Part shown: positions 24,101 through 37,966 of the stretch, piece after piece | Numbering within the stretch: the first letter of the stretch is position 1 | Layout of the letters: the number at the start of each line of letters is the position of its first letter | NCBI GenBank assembly: GCA_023213395.1 | Contig: CM041465.1 | Location: forward strand, 215,333,741 to 215,397,740 | Direction: 5' to 3' | DNA length: 64,000 nucleotides | Source: Cycas panzhihuaensis | Taxonomy: Eukaryota > Plantae > Cycadophyta | Notes under the pieces: generated by a model | Seen by the model: only the letters and a program-made list of their open reading frames with translations | The model's database searches: none | Told to the model about the DNA's origin: nothing | Made by a program: the position numbers and the translations under genes

Positions 24101-27100
24101 TACCCTTCACTAGGTTGTAAGCCACTTAATAAGACTCATGCAATGGTTAAGTGGGAGGAGACTCTTGGGAAACAACCTTCATTTACCCTTCATGGATGAA
24201 CTTTAGTTGTACCCAATGGGATGAACACATGGCTTATATTTAGTTAAGTCATAGGCATCCCAAAAAAGGTTATAGTCCACATTTACATCAAGGACTACTA
24301 TGTCTATGAGGATAATTTTATCCTCAACTATAAGAGGAATAGAGATAGACCCCAAGGGCATCTTCTTGCTACCATCATAACCTTGTCAACACCATGGAAC
24401 TAGCTCAAGAGTTACTATACCTAGCTCCCATATTATACTCAAGGGTATAGCATTAATAGAAGAACCATTATCTACAATAGTTCTCCTAAGAGTGCATTCT
24501 AGAGTGTTAATGGAGATAGTGAAAGGATAGTACCACTAGTGCTCCCTTTCACTTACTAGAGGGAGGTCTTTAAGATCAAAGGTGATGAGAGGCTCCCAGT
24601 TTGGGGTGGCACCCAAAGTGTGGATGGGAGCATCAACCAATCCTAAAGCCTCAAGGAGGAGAGTGTGTTTCTTAGGGTAACTCTGAAAGGCATCCATCAT
24701 GGACATTCCAGTAGCCACAATGTGGAGCTCATCAACGATTGAGAAGGATTTCCCTTTCCTAGTATGTTGGGGAAGGGCCCTTCAGAAATTGTAATGACCT
24801 AGATGGACAAGAATAGTCTTGGGAAGTGCTAGAATCTCATAAGGCAAAGTGTCTATAGAAAAGTCTGGTTGAGAAGAGTAAGCCCTAATGGCCTCTTTAG
24901 CTACTTGGGACCTAGTGACAACAAACAAAGGAGTGATTGAGAGTGGGAACCAAGATGTGAGGATGAGTTCCTTATCCCCTTTCCTTTCGCTTGCGTGGGG
25001 TTAGGGGATCATCCTCTATTCCCATTCCCCTTATCCTAAGTATGATGATCCCATTTCTCATGTTTGGGAAAGGGATTCCTATGGACATGTTGGTCTAAAT
25101 TAGGCATAAATGCCCATCTAGAGGAGGATTCATGAGGTGGGGTAAGTTCAGGATATTACACCTAATACTATGAGTCCTCATGGAAGAACTCACTATGAAT
25201 GGAGCACCACCTCTTATTTGGGGATGGTTGGTCTTCCTAGGTTGAGAAGAGTGGATATTTCCATTCTTGTGAGATGCAAATTAGGAGGCCTAATGGACAG
25301 ACCTATGAGAATTTAAAGGTGATGAAGGGGGTTGGAGCTTAAGCTCCTTCATTGTATATTCAAAGGAACATGTAGTAGAAGTTAAAGGATATAAGGTCTT
25401 CTCCATTGAGTGGGTAGAAATCCTTTGGGGTTGTTAAGATCTTTATTCATGCAACAAAGTGGGTGTCTCTCATCATTGCAATGACTTGAGAGGCTTCTTG
25501 AGACTAGCCTAGATCTCAATAGGCTCTAGTACCAAGCACTTAGCTATGGCAAAGTCACACGTTGTTGCCCCCATCTTGAGGACTTCAACGTAGAACTCAA
25601 GGAAGAGGGCATTCATGAAGAGATCCCTCTTCAACTCCTCAGGCAATGTGGCCTTTGTAAAATAAAGAAGGTCATGGAAGTACCTCACAAAGTCATAGTT
25701 CCTTTCCTCATGACCTTACTTGAGTGAGATTAGGGCTTTCATTCCACTCTCAAAAGGATAAGCTATATTAAAATAGTTGATAAATCCATCCACCAACTAC
25801 TAGAAGGAATGAATAGAATAGGTGGAGAGATGATAAAACTGCTTAAGGGCATCTCCCTATAAAGAACATGGAAGAGTTTCATTAAAATATAGCCATAGGC
25901 CCAATAATCAATGCATGCCATAGAGACACTTCTCACATGCTTGGTTGGGTCCTGTGATGAGGTCCTATCAAATCTACATACCTCAGGGGGATGAGGCAGT
26001 AGGTTGGTCCTAAGCACCTCAATATATAAGGGAGTCATCCTAAAATCAACGAAGGGGTAAACCCTTGGTTGAGCTAATGGGCCAACGAGAGAAGAAGAAC
26101 CGTCCTTAAGGAGCTTAAGTATGAGAGAAGTAAGGGTTCCCTCTAACTTGGTGGGAGGGAACTATTCCCATTTGAGGGAAGGATAAAAAGGAGGTAAGTG
26201 GATGAGAGGGGCCCACTCCCCCTTGAGGACATGCCTCTTGTTTACAAGGGGCATGAGAAAAAGAGCCTTGAGGGGGGTAAATTCCCCTTATGAGGGTACC
26301 ATATATGAAATTCCACATGAAGACAAAAAAGGCATGTATGAGATAGGATTTTGCCCATATGGGCCACCAGTAGGAGGTGTGACTCCATACAGATGAAGTG
26401 AATCTACCCTATAAACTTGAAGGGGACTTCCCTTCCCATGTCCCCATGGTTGGGATGCATACCCTAGGGGTAGGTAAAGGGATGAATCGCTGGATTGAGA
26501 TTGGGGGCACACAGAGATAGATCCCACATGGTCTAAAGATGGGAGACATGAGGGTCCTCTAGGTTGGGTAAGAGGGGCATGAACCATGGTTGGTTGGGAC
26601 ATGTTGCCTAACTACGGAGAGGCATGCTCAACCTAATCTGAGAGGTGACCATGCCTTGGCTAGTCCCTTGAAAATGGGGGATTGTATAAAGAGGAAATAA
26701 CAATAGGGTATGGCCCTACTATAGACATAAGTATAGACTGGGGATAGCTAGGAGGTGTAGATGAAGAAGAAGGAGGTGCCATACTACACAGGATGCTTTC
26801 TAACCATTTTGGAGGTAGTTAGATGCTCACAGCCTAAAAGCAATGTTGTAATGCTTCTACAACATCCACAGGAGGGGTTCCTACTTGCTCGTATGAGGTG
26901 GAAGGGTCCTCATGAGAAGTGGAACCCATGAGTTGATCCTCATGGGTATTCTCACCAAGGTGGTGATACTCTATGGAGGATGATACACTCGCATCATGCA
27001 TGGGAAGATGGAGGAAGTCTAAGTGCTCTTGGTCACCCAGATAAAAGATAGAGTTATTACCCTCTTGGGCAGGACCCTAGAATGAAGTTAAATTTTGTTA

Positions 27101-27123
27101 TTATGTCTCAGAACCATAGGCAT
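21170..27123 (-). pseudogene. Element C gag-pol (Pro-rich Gag, PR, RT, RH, C-terminally truncated INT)
   Basis: Protease RRTIVDNGSSIN (~24455-24497); RT WVSNIVPIVKK...DINNACPKDNF, MPFGLKN and FMDD; RH (~21960-22330) runs straight into the INT zinc finger and core (WGLD-like, IEYFTKW, IIDNG) with no aRH between them. Similarity stops at ~21170. Confidence 0.9.
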
Positions 27124-27370
27124 CATATGCCCATTTTGAAGGATACCACTCCATAGCCAATTCAGAGTTGGACAAAGGAAGGGAGGACTAAGGAGGTTCT
27201 TCCAAAGTGGGAGGGAGACCTTGTAGGTAATAAAAAAATCATTGCATTCAAGTTTCACCCAAAACCTTAGAAGAGGCAAGGGTAGAAGCAAAAGAGAAAG
27301 AATTGGGGGTCACCAACAAATCCAAAAGGTATAGGTAAAAGGAGAAAGGTAATGCTAACATAAGGGAAAT

Positions 27371-30300
27371 TGTAATGTTCCCTTACTGGTCCAATATGGT
27401 TGCTAGTGGAAGCACACCTATGGGGGGTCACTATGGATATGAGCTTTTAAGCCAACATTATAACTACAATAGGGGCCTAGAAACCTCAAGAAGGGAGCAC
27501 ATAAATAGCACATCGAAACATAGGTTCAAGGACCCACAAATAGCACTTATGACTTTTCCTTTATATGGGTACCTTCTTGGATTTGGATTAGGCAAGGGAC
27601 ATCCTTATATTACTGAGTAGCCTAAGAGGAGATTTCCTATCCCTATAGGGAAAGAAGAGGTGCTTGGCTTCCTTTTCGAAAAGGAGGATAAGCAGAAGAG
27701 AAGAGGGTGGTAGATAAGGTAAAAGGTAACCTAGGGGAGCCTACTCATAATCTAGAAAAAGAGGTTAAAGTAGAGGCAGAAACAGCCACGAAGATATCAA
27801 AGCTAGGAGAGTATGGGGTCTTTTTGGGTTACCAAGAAGGATAAAAAAGGGTTTCTAAGTATGACAATCATATGGTCCTAAAAAGAAACATCTTTCCACA
27901 AATGTAGCCTAATGCAAATATGATCAAAGGAAACAAAATAAACAACCAATTGGAATAACAAGTATGAAAAGGAATCATGCAAACCTTTCCTTATATATAT
28001 ATATCCCTACTTTCTTTTATCCTTTTAAATAAATGCAAATGCTAAACTAAGAATGACGAGGGGGGAGGAGGAAAGGATGGAATGCAAGGTGGTGCCTTGC
28101 ATAGGTTGCATCTCCTTTGATAAGATGAGGATTGGTTTGATTGAGGGGAATAAAGAGTAATGAGCATCCCCTGTATGCATGCAATATGACCGTACAACCT
28201 TGTTTTTCCACCCCTTAAACAATGCAATACAACAAAAACCCTTATAAGAAAATAAAGCAAACTTTGAATCTTTTCCTTTCTTTCCTTTTTCCTTTTGTGG
28301 TTTAAGCTAAGAGGTTAAGGAGGGGAGCATAAGAGGAAGAGAGAGAAGGTGTGTAGGAAATATACACCTAGATATAGCAATTGATGTCATGATCACTTGC
28401 CTCTTCATTATCTCCCCTCACTCCACGCTTCCATAAGTTGCTTCCATTGTCATAGTTACCATGAGACTTATTGAATATAAAGGAAAGGGGCTTCCTTACC
28501 TTTCCCCTTGTCCTCCAAGCAGGGCTAACTTACCATCCCCAAAAATGTTTGAAAGTGAAATGAAAAGTCAAAATGAAACAAAATGGTGTAACCTCAAGAA
28601 ACAAGCCAAAAGGAAAGGTAACAATACCTTTTGTTATGTTCCAAATTGCTCACATAGAGGATCAACCAGCCTTACACTATAGGAAATACCTACAAATCTT
28701 TACAAGAAGACAATATGTACGTGCATATATATATACATATGTATGTGTTCTGCATGTGTGATAGTGGAGATTTGCTCTTGGTAATAAAAGTAAAGGAGAG
28801 TGATGGTTAGTATACTATTTTTTCCTTTCATAAACCAATGCCTTTGTAAAACCAAGAAGGGAAATAGAGAGAAAAAGAGTAAGATAGCCTCTGGATGGCT
28901 AGCTCCTATAAGTGAGACACCTTCCATATATATAAGTATTGCATAGGTGAGTTAGATAGAAATCAAAAGATCTAGGTAAAATAAAATTAAGGGTTTATAA
29001 AAATCGTAAATGTTGCAAAAGATGTAAAACATGCAAAAGTTGTAAATGTTGCAAAAGATGTAAAACATGTAAAAGTTGTAAATCCTATGAAATAAAGTGT
29101 AGAACTATAAGGGTTACTAATAAGAAAAGTATATGCTAACTAACAAGAGTGTTGCAAGTACTACAAATGCTACAAATATGTAAGGGATCGCACCCTATGG
29201 GATGCCCTAGCTTGTGGAGTAGGTATAATGTAGAGGGATCTTGAGAAGTAGGGGGCTACCCTTTATGATGTGGTTTTAGGAGTCAAAACTCTAGACATTT
29301 GCTCCTCGCTTCCTTCTCAAGAATATCCCAAACCTGTCCAATTGTTAGCTAGTGGTAACTGAAGGATTAGATGATGCTAACGAAGGAGAAAAGGGGAGGT
29401 TTTACCTCTCCTTGCTTATCAAGAATAGAGAAAAATATGTGCTAAAACACGTACTGAGAAGTATAATCGATGAAATAAGTGTACTCAGGAAAGAACAATA
29501 GAAAGGAACATGCTTTTAGCCATAAAAAATCATACAAACTAGATGTTACCTCACAAATAAGGAGAAGGGAAGACAAAACCCTACTTTCTTGGTGGAGAAG
29601 GCCTCTTTTAGAGAGGATAAGGATCTTGAATCTCAAAAAAATTTGATTATTGTTGCCTTAATGAGTCCTAGAAGAGAGTTATATTGCTGGTGAATACCTC
29701 TTTGAGACTTGCAAATTAAGATTTTTACCTTGTCAAATCTAAGTTGGAGAAAGAAGGAGAAGAGAGGATAAGAGAGCATTTTTCTAATTGTGAGAGTCTA
29801 AGAATGAGTTTAAAATTTTATTTTTATGTTCTAATTAGGTTTTTGGAGGGGTTAGGGTTTGAGTTAGGCAAGAACAAACCCTTTGTCATGTGCTAGGCTT
29901 AGAATAAATGTGAATCTAGCAATTTTCTGGCTACAATAATTAATGAACAGTCGCCACACAGTAAACTTTGTGGTACCGTGAAATTTAATGTGATATTGTA
30001 AGCATTGAAGCGATGCAAAGAAAATAAAGAAAACAAACAAAAAAATAATCTAGAGAATGACATACAAGATCATCTTGAGGGTGTAAAGGCAGAAATTAGA
30101 GGGTTAGTGGGGTCATTTAGGGTCTCTAGGCAATGATGGGGCTCTCTCAACATGTGGAAAGGGTTAAGACTAAGCACCAAAAATGATGTAAAAATATGTT
30201 GATGAGTAAGTGAGTTAGAACCCATCCTAAGGGCCATACGACAAGTTAGGAGTGAGTCAAGGTGGGTTGTGGAGGCCCATGAGTACTTGTAAACTCTAGG

Positions 30301-30553
30301 GAGGTGTCTCTTGGAGCTATGTGATGCCATAAGACCATGGTCCTAAGTCATCATAGGCTAAAATAGAGTCACAAATAAGTACTAGGTAAGCAAACTAAGC
30401 ATCAAAATAATTTATGTAAATATATCACATCACTAGAATCATAAACACATCTTATTATGCCATAAAAGTGAATAGGGCAAGAGGTATAGATGTATACCTA
30501 TGCTTACTTGAGAGATGCTGCTCCTACCCACTTCTAGTGGCTAGGAAATAGCA
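27371..30553 (-). repeat. 5' LTR of element C
   Basis: Left terminus TGTAATGTTCCC. Colinear with 6534-9638. The right end lies within ~14 bp of an insertion at 30567. Confidence 0.8.
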
Positions 30554-30566
30554 GTGTATTTAGCTA

Positions 30567-30992
30567 TGTTAGGCAACTAGACTCTAGAGCATATACGAAT
30601 GTGTCCTAAGTAATCTCGAATAGTCCAAGCTATAGTAAAAAAGATAGGATTTCCATGGCTATCCCTATTAGTATGGATTATTAGAAAAATGATATGCTAT
30701 TAATACAAAAGACAAAAAAAGTATGGTGAGTGAATGATAAAACAATGAAGAATAAGAATAATAAAATATGTACAAGTTAATACAAGAAATAGAAGAATGG
30801 CTAAACCTCAAATTAGAATGAAGAATGATATACATATTTATAGTACAACTCATCACTTATGAGAGAACCCTCATTGGTTAATATTGGAGGTGACACATCT
30901 ATATATGGCTCACAATCTCACATATAAAATGTAAATAAATATAGAGATAGTATGAATGAGGATACTTATATAATTGGGTATTACACCCAACA
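30567..30992 (-). mobile_element. LTR (426 bp) of an unclassified element, with a non-coding internal region to its right
   Basis: TGTT...AACA termini, followed by TTTTCCCC (PPT on the minus strand). No partner LTR seen. Confidence 0.55.
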
Positions 30993-31380
30993 TTTTCCCC
31001 TATAATAGACAATTATATAATATGAAATATCACATCAAAAATATAAAATTGTGTCTTCAAATAAATGCTAGAATATATGTTATTGTAAGGATATAATTTA
31101 TTGTTGATGTCTATATGAAAAGAACACCATCCACTAAATCACATGGGTAATCGGTTGCTATGACTACCAGTTCATTAGGATGTTCCTTTATATACATGGT
31201 TCAATCAATGTCAAGTCAGCTTCACTCTGGGAACATGCCATCCTACATGGATGAATAAGTTAATAAAGAAATATGCAAAAGTAATTAAAATAGGTCTTAT
31301 CTCTTGCTTATATAGGATAATATAAGCAGTTTCTCTAGCTACAATGGTCAGAAATATATAGCTCTAAGGCATTATAAGGG

Positions 31381-31519
31381 CACTATGGCCTTAAATTACC
31401 TCTATGGACTAAAATCATACCTCTATGGGCTATATCATGCCATTATGGACTTACAACATACCTCTATGGGCTTCAATATACCATTATGGGCTTATAATAA
31501 CCTCTATGGGCTAAAATAT
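31381..31519. repeat. Minisatellite, ~7 copies of a 20-21 bp unit (CCTCTATGGGCTWWAAYATA)
   Basis: Directly visible tandem units. Confidence 0.85.
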
Positions 31520-33247
31520 CTAGTAATGGATGTTAATACATGACTAAAAAATAGGTGTGACTAAAATACAATAAGAATGGCTCTCTCAAATAATAAACTT
31601 CAATGTGAAATAGGTTCTCTAAAGCCTAAAATGAGCCTTTATACATCGTATTCTCCCATTTGGGGTATATTATATTAATGAAATGTATAATAAATGATAT
31701 GGAACCTTTAAAAATATATGTATATTCCTAAAAATATTTTAAAAATGAAGAAAAATAAAGTGTTAAAAAACTTTTAAATTTGAGCTAAAACTTCTATATC
31801 AAATTATCTCTAAATGGTATCAAGTAACTTATTAAATAAAAGTTCTCTCAGTTACACATCCAACACAACTAAGAGGATTGGAAAAGAAGTCTGTATGCTT
31901 AAATTACAGCCACCAAATTAATAATGACTCCTTGAAAGATAAAAAATTGGGGGCTTAGCCCCTTTCACTGGCAAGCAATTGGTCATGTGGTAGTATAATA
32001 TAACTAGGGGTCTAAATGCTTAAAGGCTATGTAGATCTAAAATGAAAATTAACTGAATTTAACTATTTTTGTAATTACAAAAATAATAAACTCTTTTCTA
32101 TAATGTGTCACATCTACATAAATTGAAAAAATAATATGTGCACCAAAAAGAAGATAAAATATTTTCACCAAATATTTTCTAACCCTAAATATTTAGGGTT
32201 TTGCTGTAATTTTCATTTCTACATCAAATATTTTTTCTTAACCACCATTATTTAGGGGTTTCATTATGAAACTTATAGGTTTGTTTATTGGCATTATGGC
32301 AATGACTGGGTGTGATGCGTAAGATTCTGCATAGATCTCAACATTCAATCTCTTGGCCTTTTAACTGAGTTTCTTTAACTCATCATCAATCTCTATTAGC
32401 TACTCATTTTATACATAGTTTGTTTTAATCTTTAAAGGATGATGATAACATCTTCATGGAGCACTAGATTGTATTCACAGTTTAAGGCATCGAGTGACTA
32501 CTACATCACATATATTGATGCATCTCTGTATCTTTCAATTTTTTTGAACTTGACCCATTTTCATCCTTTGTCGATACGATCTATTCCATGTCTGTAATGT
32601 ATCTATGTGAGCCACTTTTACTCCATATTTATCTTTAGACCACCTCTATGGCTTCCTTCAAAGTACCAAAATACAACTTTGTATTGGATTATAAGATTAT
32701 AAGATTCTAAAAAAATAATACATGAATGTAAGCAATCTCTAATGCATCATCACCCCGTCTACCAACCTCATCACTCTTTTTTCATGTTGTTCTATTATAT
32801 GCCTTTTTTTACTTTTTTTTTCTCATACATATAACATAGGCCAAATATTAAAGGCCACAAATATATTCTTAAAACTTTAATTTTTCATTATAGAAACAAT
32901 TCAGGGAGGCTACATATTTAAGAGGGTAAGAACCTCATGCTTTATAGCATATACCAAAAAATCAAGTGTAACAAATTCAAAAGCTTAAATATTTGTTTTT
33001 AACTTTATAGGATTTGTTGAAATAAACATGTATTTTGACTTGCAAACCCTTCCTATTCATCACTTTTTTTTCTCAAAATAATAGGTTTCTCACTATAAAT
33101 TTTACTTTTGCAAATGTAGAGTCATTTATGGCCTCTAAATAGCCAAAAGAAACTCTTTCAACTATTGCAAGTAACTCCATTATAATCTTCCCACCGACAT
33201 GCAAGGAGGTTGCTTCACACCAAATGCATATGCTCATAAACATGAAA

Positions 33248-33264
33248 ATATATGTGTGTGTGTA

Positions 33265-33307
<43 letters not shown>

Positions 33308-33353
33308 ATATATATATATGTATGTATATATGTATGTATATATACATGCATAC

Positions 33354-33404
<51 letters not shown>

Positions 33405-33580
33405 TGTATATGTATATATACATATATGTATGTGTGTCTGTGTATATATATATATGTATGTATGTATACATACATATATATATATATGTACGTATATATA
33501 TATATGTATGTATGTATGTAGATATATATATGTGTGTGTGTGTGTGTGTATGTATATACATACACACACACACACACACG

Positions 33581-33620
<40 letters not shown>

Positions 33621-33650
33621 GATATATATAGATATATATATATATATATA
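33248..33650. repeat. Compound (TA)n/(TG)n/(CA)n/(TATG)n microsatellite, ~400 bp
   Basis: Directly visible. It explains the YI/VC-repeat ORFs in all six frames. Confidence 0.98.
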
Positions 33651-34599
33651 TTCTTTTTTTTCTTTTATATATTTCTTTTTTCTTCTTTTCTTTGTTTTCT
33701 AAAGGAGCATATATATAAAGAGCCTAGATGGTATGAAGTAGGTGTGGTAACGAGTCAATCCATGGTGAAGCTGAGGAAACCCATCATGTCAACTATACTT
33801 TAACAGATGGCACAACCAAACTATCAGAGACTAGTAAATAAAGTTGAACTATGGAGTATCAAGGGTAAGTCATATAAGAACCTTGAGTGCCTATTGTGGG
33901 ATATACATAGAACAGGGTCCTCAAGTCAACGACCATGAGGAACTAAGACTCCCAACTACAACAAGGGCTAAACAAGATACACTATAGGCTCATGATGAAG
34001 TAATAAGTCTATGAGGGAAATATGTATACAAAAGGCGGATTATAGGGTAAAGCCATAAGCTAGGTGAGCAAGTAGTATATAAGCAAGTTATCATGTAAAC
34101 AATGGGAATGCAAGGTCACTAAGGGTGCTTAAAGTTCAATCAAAGGACATGTTGGGTCACCTATAGGTTAGTAATATCACTAAGTCAAAGTTGTAATAAT
34201 AAGGGAGCAAGCAATAAGCACTAACATAAAAGTGAAAAAATCACCTCAAGTAAGAAGGAATGTGGAATATCAATGGAAAGTGGGATGTTAAGTAATACTT
34301 AACACATGGTAAGTAATCATAATCATGGAATAAGAACTTAATGTTGTCAAATAATCTTCTAGACTATAAACACTGATATATTAAGAGATGGCTTACCCAA
34401 AATGAAGGACAAGATCTCAAAGTAAATGAAGTTCACTGAGTTTATATTTGTGGAGGAGTCTCATGCCCCCATGGGGAGTGCCCATGGGGGAAAATGGGCT
34501 CATTTTAAAGCCAAGAGTGCCATTGTGGGTGCAAAGTATGGTCATTCCCTATGGGTGTAAGACCATAAGAAAATAATTTCTTTTTTTGAGAAAATTTAG

Positions 34600-34603
<4 letters not shown>

Positions 34604-34659
<56 letters not shown>

Positions 34660-34694
34660 TGCACGCACACACACATACACACACACATATATAT
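34604..34694. repeat. (TA)n plus (CA)n microsatellite
   Basis: Directly visible. Confidence 0.97.
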
Positions 34695-37600
34695 GGTTTT
34701 CTAGATAATATTTATAGGTGATAGTTTATACTTATGATAGAGTAGGGGGGCCCATGGGACAAGACCCCATCAGTGGCTAAGGATGTGATAAAACAATACA
34801 TGTAGTGTGACAGGATACCCTGAGTAAGGGAAATATAGGTCACAAATAAAGATAGTTTAAGCTCATCTTGGAGTAAGGTGCAACCAAGTTGCAACCTAGG
34901 TATGACCAAGTACAACCTAAAATACAACTAGGTTGTAATCTAGGTATGACTAGGTACAACCTAGACTATAACCACATTACAAGATCATAATTATGACAAT
35001 CAAAGTATTGCCAGTTTATGCTTGTAGTGGTACACCATCATAATAAATAAGCACAACATGATGGTGTACCCCTAAGAGAGCAATGCACATCATGACTAAA
35101 GGTAGTTTAAGACCATTTCAAAGCAAGATTACTAATTTAGGCTCCTATTAGAGAATTCACCCCTTGTGATGGTAAAATAAGCTATAAAACTACCTAGTTA
35201 GCCCATATGGAGCGCATCTAAAATAAAGAGGAAGAGTGAGGAAGTGTGGGTCATGCCCTAGCTTAAGGAAAGAGATGGATATGAGTAGGTTATAGATAGT
35301 AGGTCCATCATAGGAAAAGGGCAACTTGAACTTGCCATTTGAATCATAAGCATGATAGGCTTGATTAGAATCAATTTGAAAGGTGATAGGGTCTAGAAAA
35401 TCCTACACACTTCGAATTAAATTTACAGTTTATGGTGGGGAAGACAAATGGTTTTTGGCACTTGATGAAAGAATAGTGTGTGAGGATTATAGGATAGTGT
35501 TCGAATAAGTAATGAACCAAGCACATCCCCTTAAGATATTACTTGCATAAGAAAGGAAGGCAGAGGCTAGCTTAAGTCTAGTAGATCAAGAAAGTAATCA
35601 AGAGTCCTTAGGAAAGGACCAAAAGGAGGGGAAATATCCTCATGGGATGGTTCCCTAAGTATATAGGAAATAAGAGCCACTTGTTATGTAGGGGGCTTAT
35701 AGTACTCAATGTCTAATTTAGGGTCAGTGAGGACAGTTATGTAGTCATAGCTACCTATACCAATCAGGGCAAGATGAACCATATTAGGCCCAGGTAAAGG
35801 TGGATCTTCATCATCATAGGGTTTAAGACCTTAAGAAAGGCTCATGAGGGAAGGGTGGGACTCATCAGGATCACTATCCCTAGCATCAAAGATAGCTTAG
35901 TAAGTTAGGAGGGATGTTCAAGAGGGTGAAGGCTCATGGGCCACAACTCAAACTTGCCCTTCACGGACAAATTTAAGTTATCCCTAAAGTAAAGAACAAA
36001 CTACCCTATCTGGTCTAGCCAAAGTTGTCCTAAGAGTAGGTTGTAATCAACATCAATATCTAGGACAATAATGTCACTAGGGATAGTCTTATCTTTAAGA
36101 GTGAGAGGTATAGTGATGGTTCCAACTGGTGGCTTCTCACTCCCATCATACCCTTAGCATTTATAAGGGATGATCTTAAGAGCCTCGACGCCTAATTTCT
36201 TAATAATCCAAATGGGTATGGTATTAACTGAAGAGCTATTATCCATAATAGTTCTCTTCAGGGTGAATTTAAGGGTTTCAATGGTGATGGTAAATGGGTA
36301 ATCCCAATGACACTTACATTCATTGATAGGAGTCAACTTATTTGGGTTAAATAAGATAATGGGTGTTTCATAGGAAGAGGTAGTAATAGTGTGAATAGGA
36401 GCATCCTTGTAGCCAAGGTCCTCAAGTAGTAAGGCACCTTAATTAAGAAAACCCTATAAGGCATCCATCATAAACATGCCTGCAGAGACTATGTGAAGCT
36501 CTTCTATAATGGAAAATGTCTTCCCCTTACCTATGGATTAGGGAAGAGCTCTTCTAAAGTCATACCACCTAGGTTAGATTGATATGGTCTTTGGGACAAT
36601 AGGGATTTCTATAGGGGAAGGATCCACAGGCATTTATTGATATGTAGAAGCTCCCCCAGCTTTCGTATCTACTTAGGAACAAGTTACTAGATACACTTGG
36701 GTGGTCTCCAACATGTGGATGATGCATTTTCCATTGGCATTAAGGCATGAAGGTGGGTTTTGGGTCATACGAGTTATAGGACTAGGAGGATCAATTGGGG
36801 CTTTGTCCTTAGATTGACTGGATGGTGGGTTAGGAAGGGTCCCCCTCCTTTGAGGCTGGGTTTACCCCTTACCATATTGGTTTTGTTATTGTGGACTTTA
36901 TCTAAGAGCATCATGGCTTACAAAAGGATCATGATGGATTGGTTAGTCTAGGTTTGGTTTAGAAGTAGATTGGGATAAAGGGTCATATGGTGGAGCCAAC
37001 TCAATGTATTATGTCCAATAATGAGTGTCATCATGGCTACAATGGCCATAGACAAAATAGCACCTTTTTCCAATCAAAGGTTTGGATTTCTTTTCTTGGG
37101 AAGTTTTGAAACCTTCCTTTGTTGGTCCCATGGTTTACGCAGCTTAATGGATAGGCCTATAACCATAAGAGGGAGCATGTGGCTCTAGTGAAGACTACAT
37201 AGGTTGTAATTTCAAGTCTTTAAGTGATCACTCAAAAGATTAGATAACCAATGTAAAAGAGTCCATAGTTTTGCTAGTGGTATAGATAGAGAGATTAGAA
37301 GATGGTTGTTGGATGCTTTGGTCATGTGGGAGAGGCAATGCCTTATGACATGATATGTTCTTATTTATTTTCTTGAGACTAGCTTGGACCTCAATAGATC
37401 CTAAGGCCAAGCATTTAACCATAGATGAGTCATATGTGATTGCTTCCATCTTGAAGACCTCCACATAGATCATAAGATGTAGTTCATTAACAAACATGTG
37501 TTTCTTCAAATCTTTAGGTAGCATGGCCTTGGAAGAGTAAAGGAGGTCATGGAACTATTAGATAAAGTCACTATTGAGTTCATTCATGTCTTATTTGAGA

Positions 37601-37966
37601 GAGAGTAGGTCCTTAGACCCACTCTTAAAGGGTCTTACTACATTGAAGTAGTTGATGAATGTATCAACTAATTATTGGAAATAAGTGATAGAGTGGACAA
37701 GGAGATGATAAAATAATTTTATTACATCTCCCTAAAGTGATCTAGGAATAACTTCATCAAGATATGGTCATATGCCCAATAATTGATGTATGCCATGGCG
37801 AATATCTTAATATGATCTATGGGATCTTATGAAGAAGTGTTATTGAATTTGGGTACTTTTGAAGGATGAGGTGGGATGTTTATTCACAATGTCTCCAGAG
37901 AGAGTGGGCTAGACCTATAGTTCATAAAAGGTTGTAGCCCAAGTTGGACTAGAGGATTGGAGGGGA

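Larger units (their letters stand above)
6534..30566 (-). mobile_element. Large degenerate Tat-like (TatII-type architecture) Ty3/Gypsy element (element C), interrupted by a Copia
   Basis: ~3.1 kb direct repeats (6534-9638 and 27371-30553) flank, on the minus strand, gag-PR-RT-RH-INT (27.1-21.2 kb), an antisense PMD and an aRH. No TSD was recovered because both outer ends are disturbed. Confidence 0.8.

Noticed and set aside
31381-31519. Short repeat arrays (here and at 43950-44091) as CRISPR-like
   Set aside because: Head-to-tail minisatellites with no unique spacers and no cas genes, in a eukaryotic context.
33073-33803. Several 89-168 aa ORFs rich in YI/VC/HT
   Set aside because: They are translations of the microsatellite.
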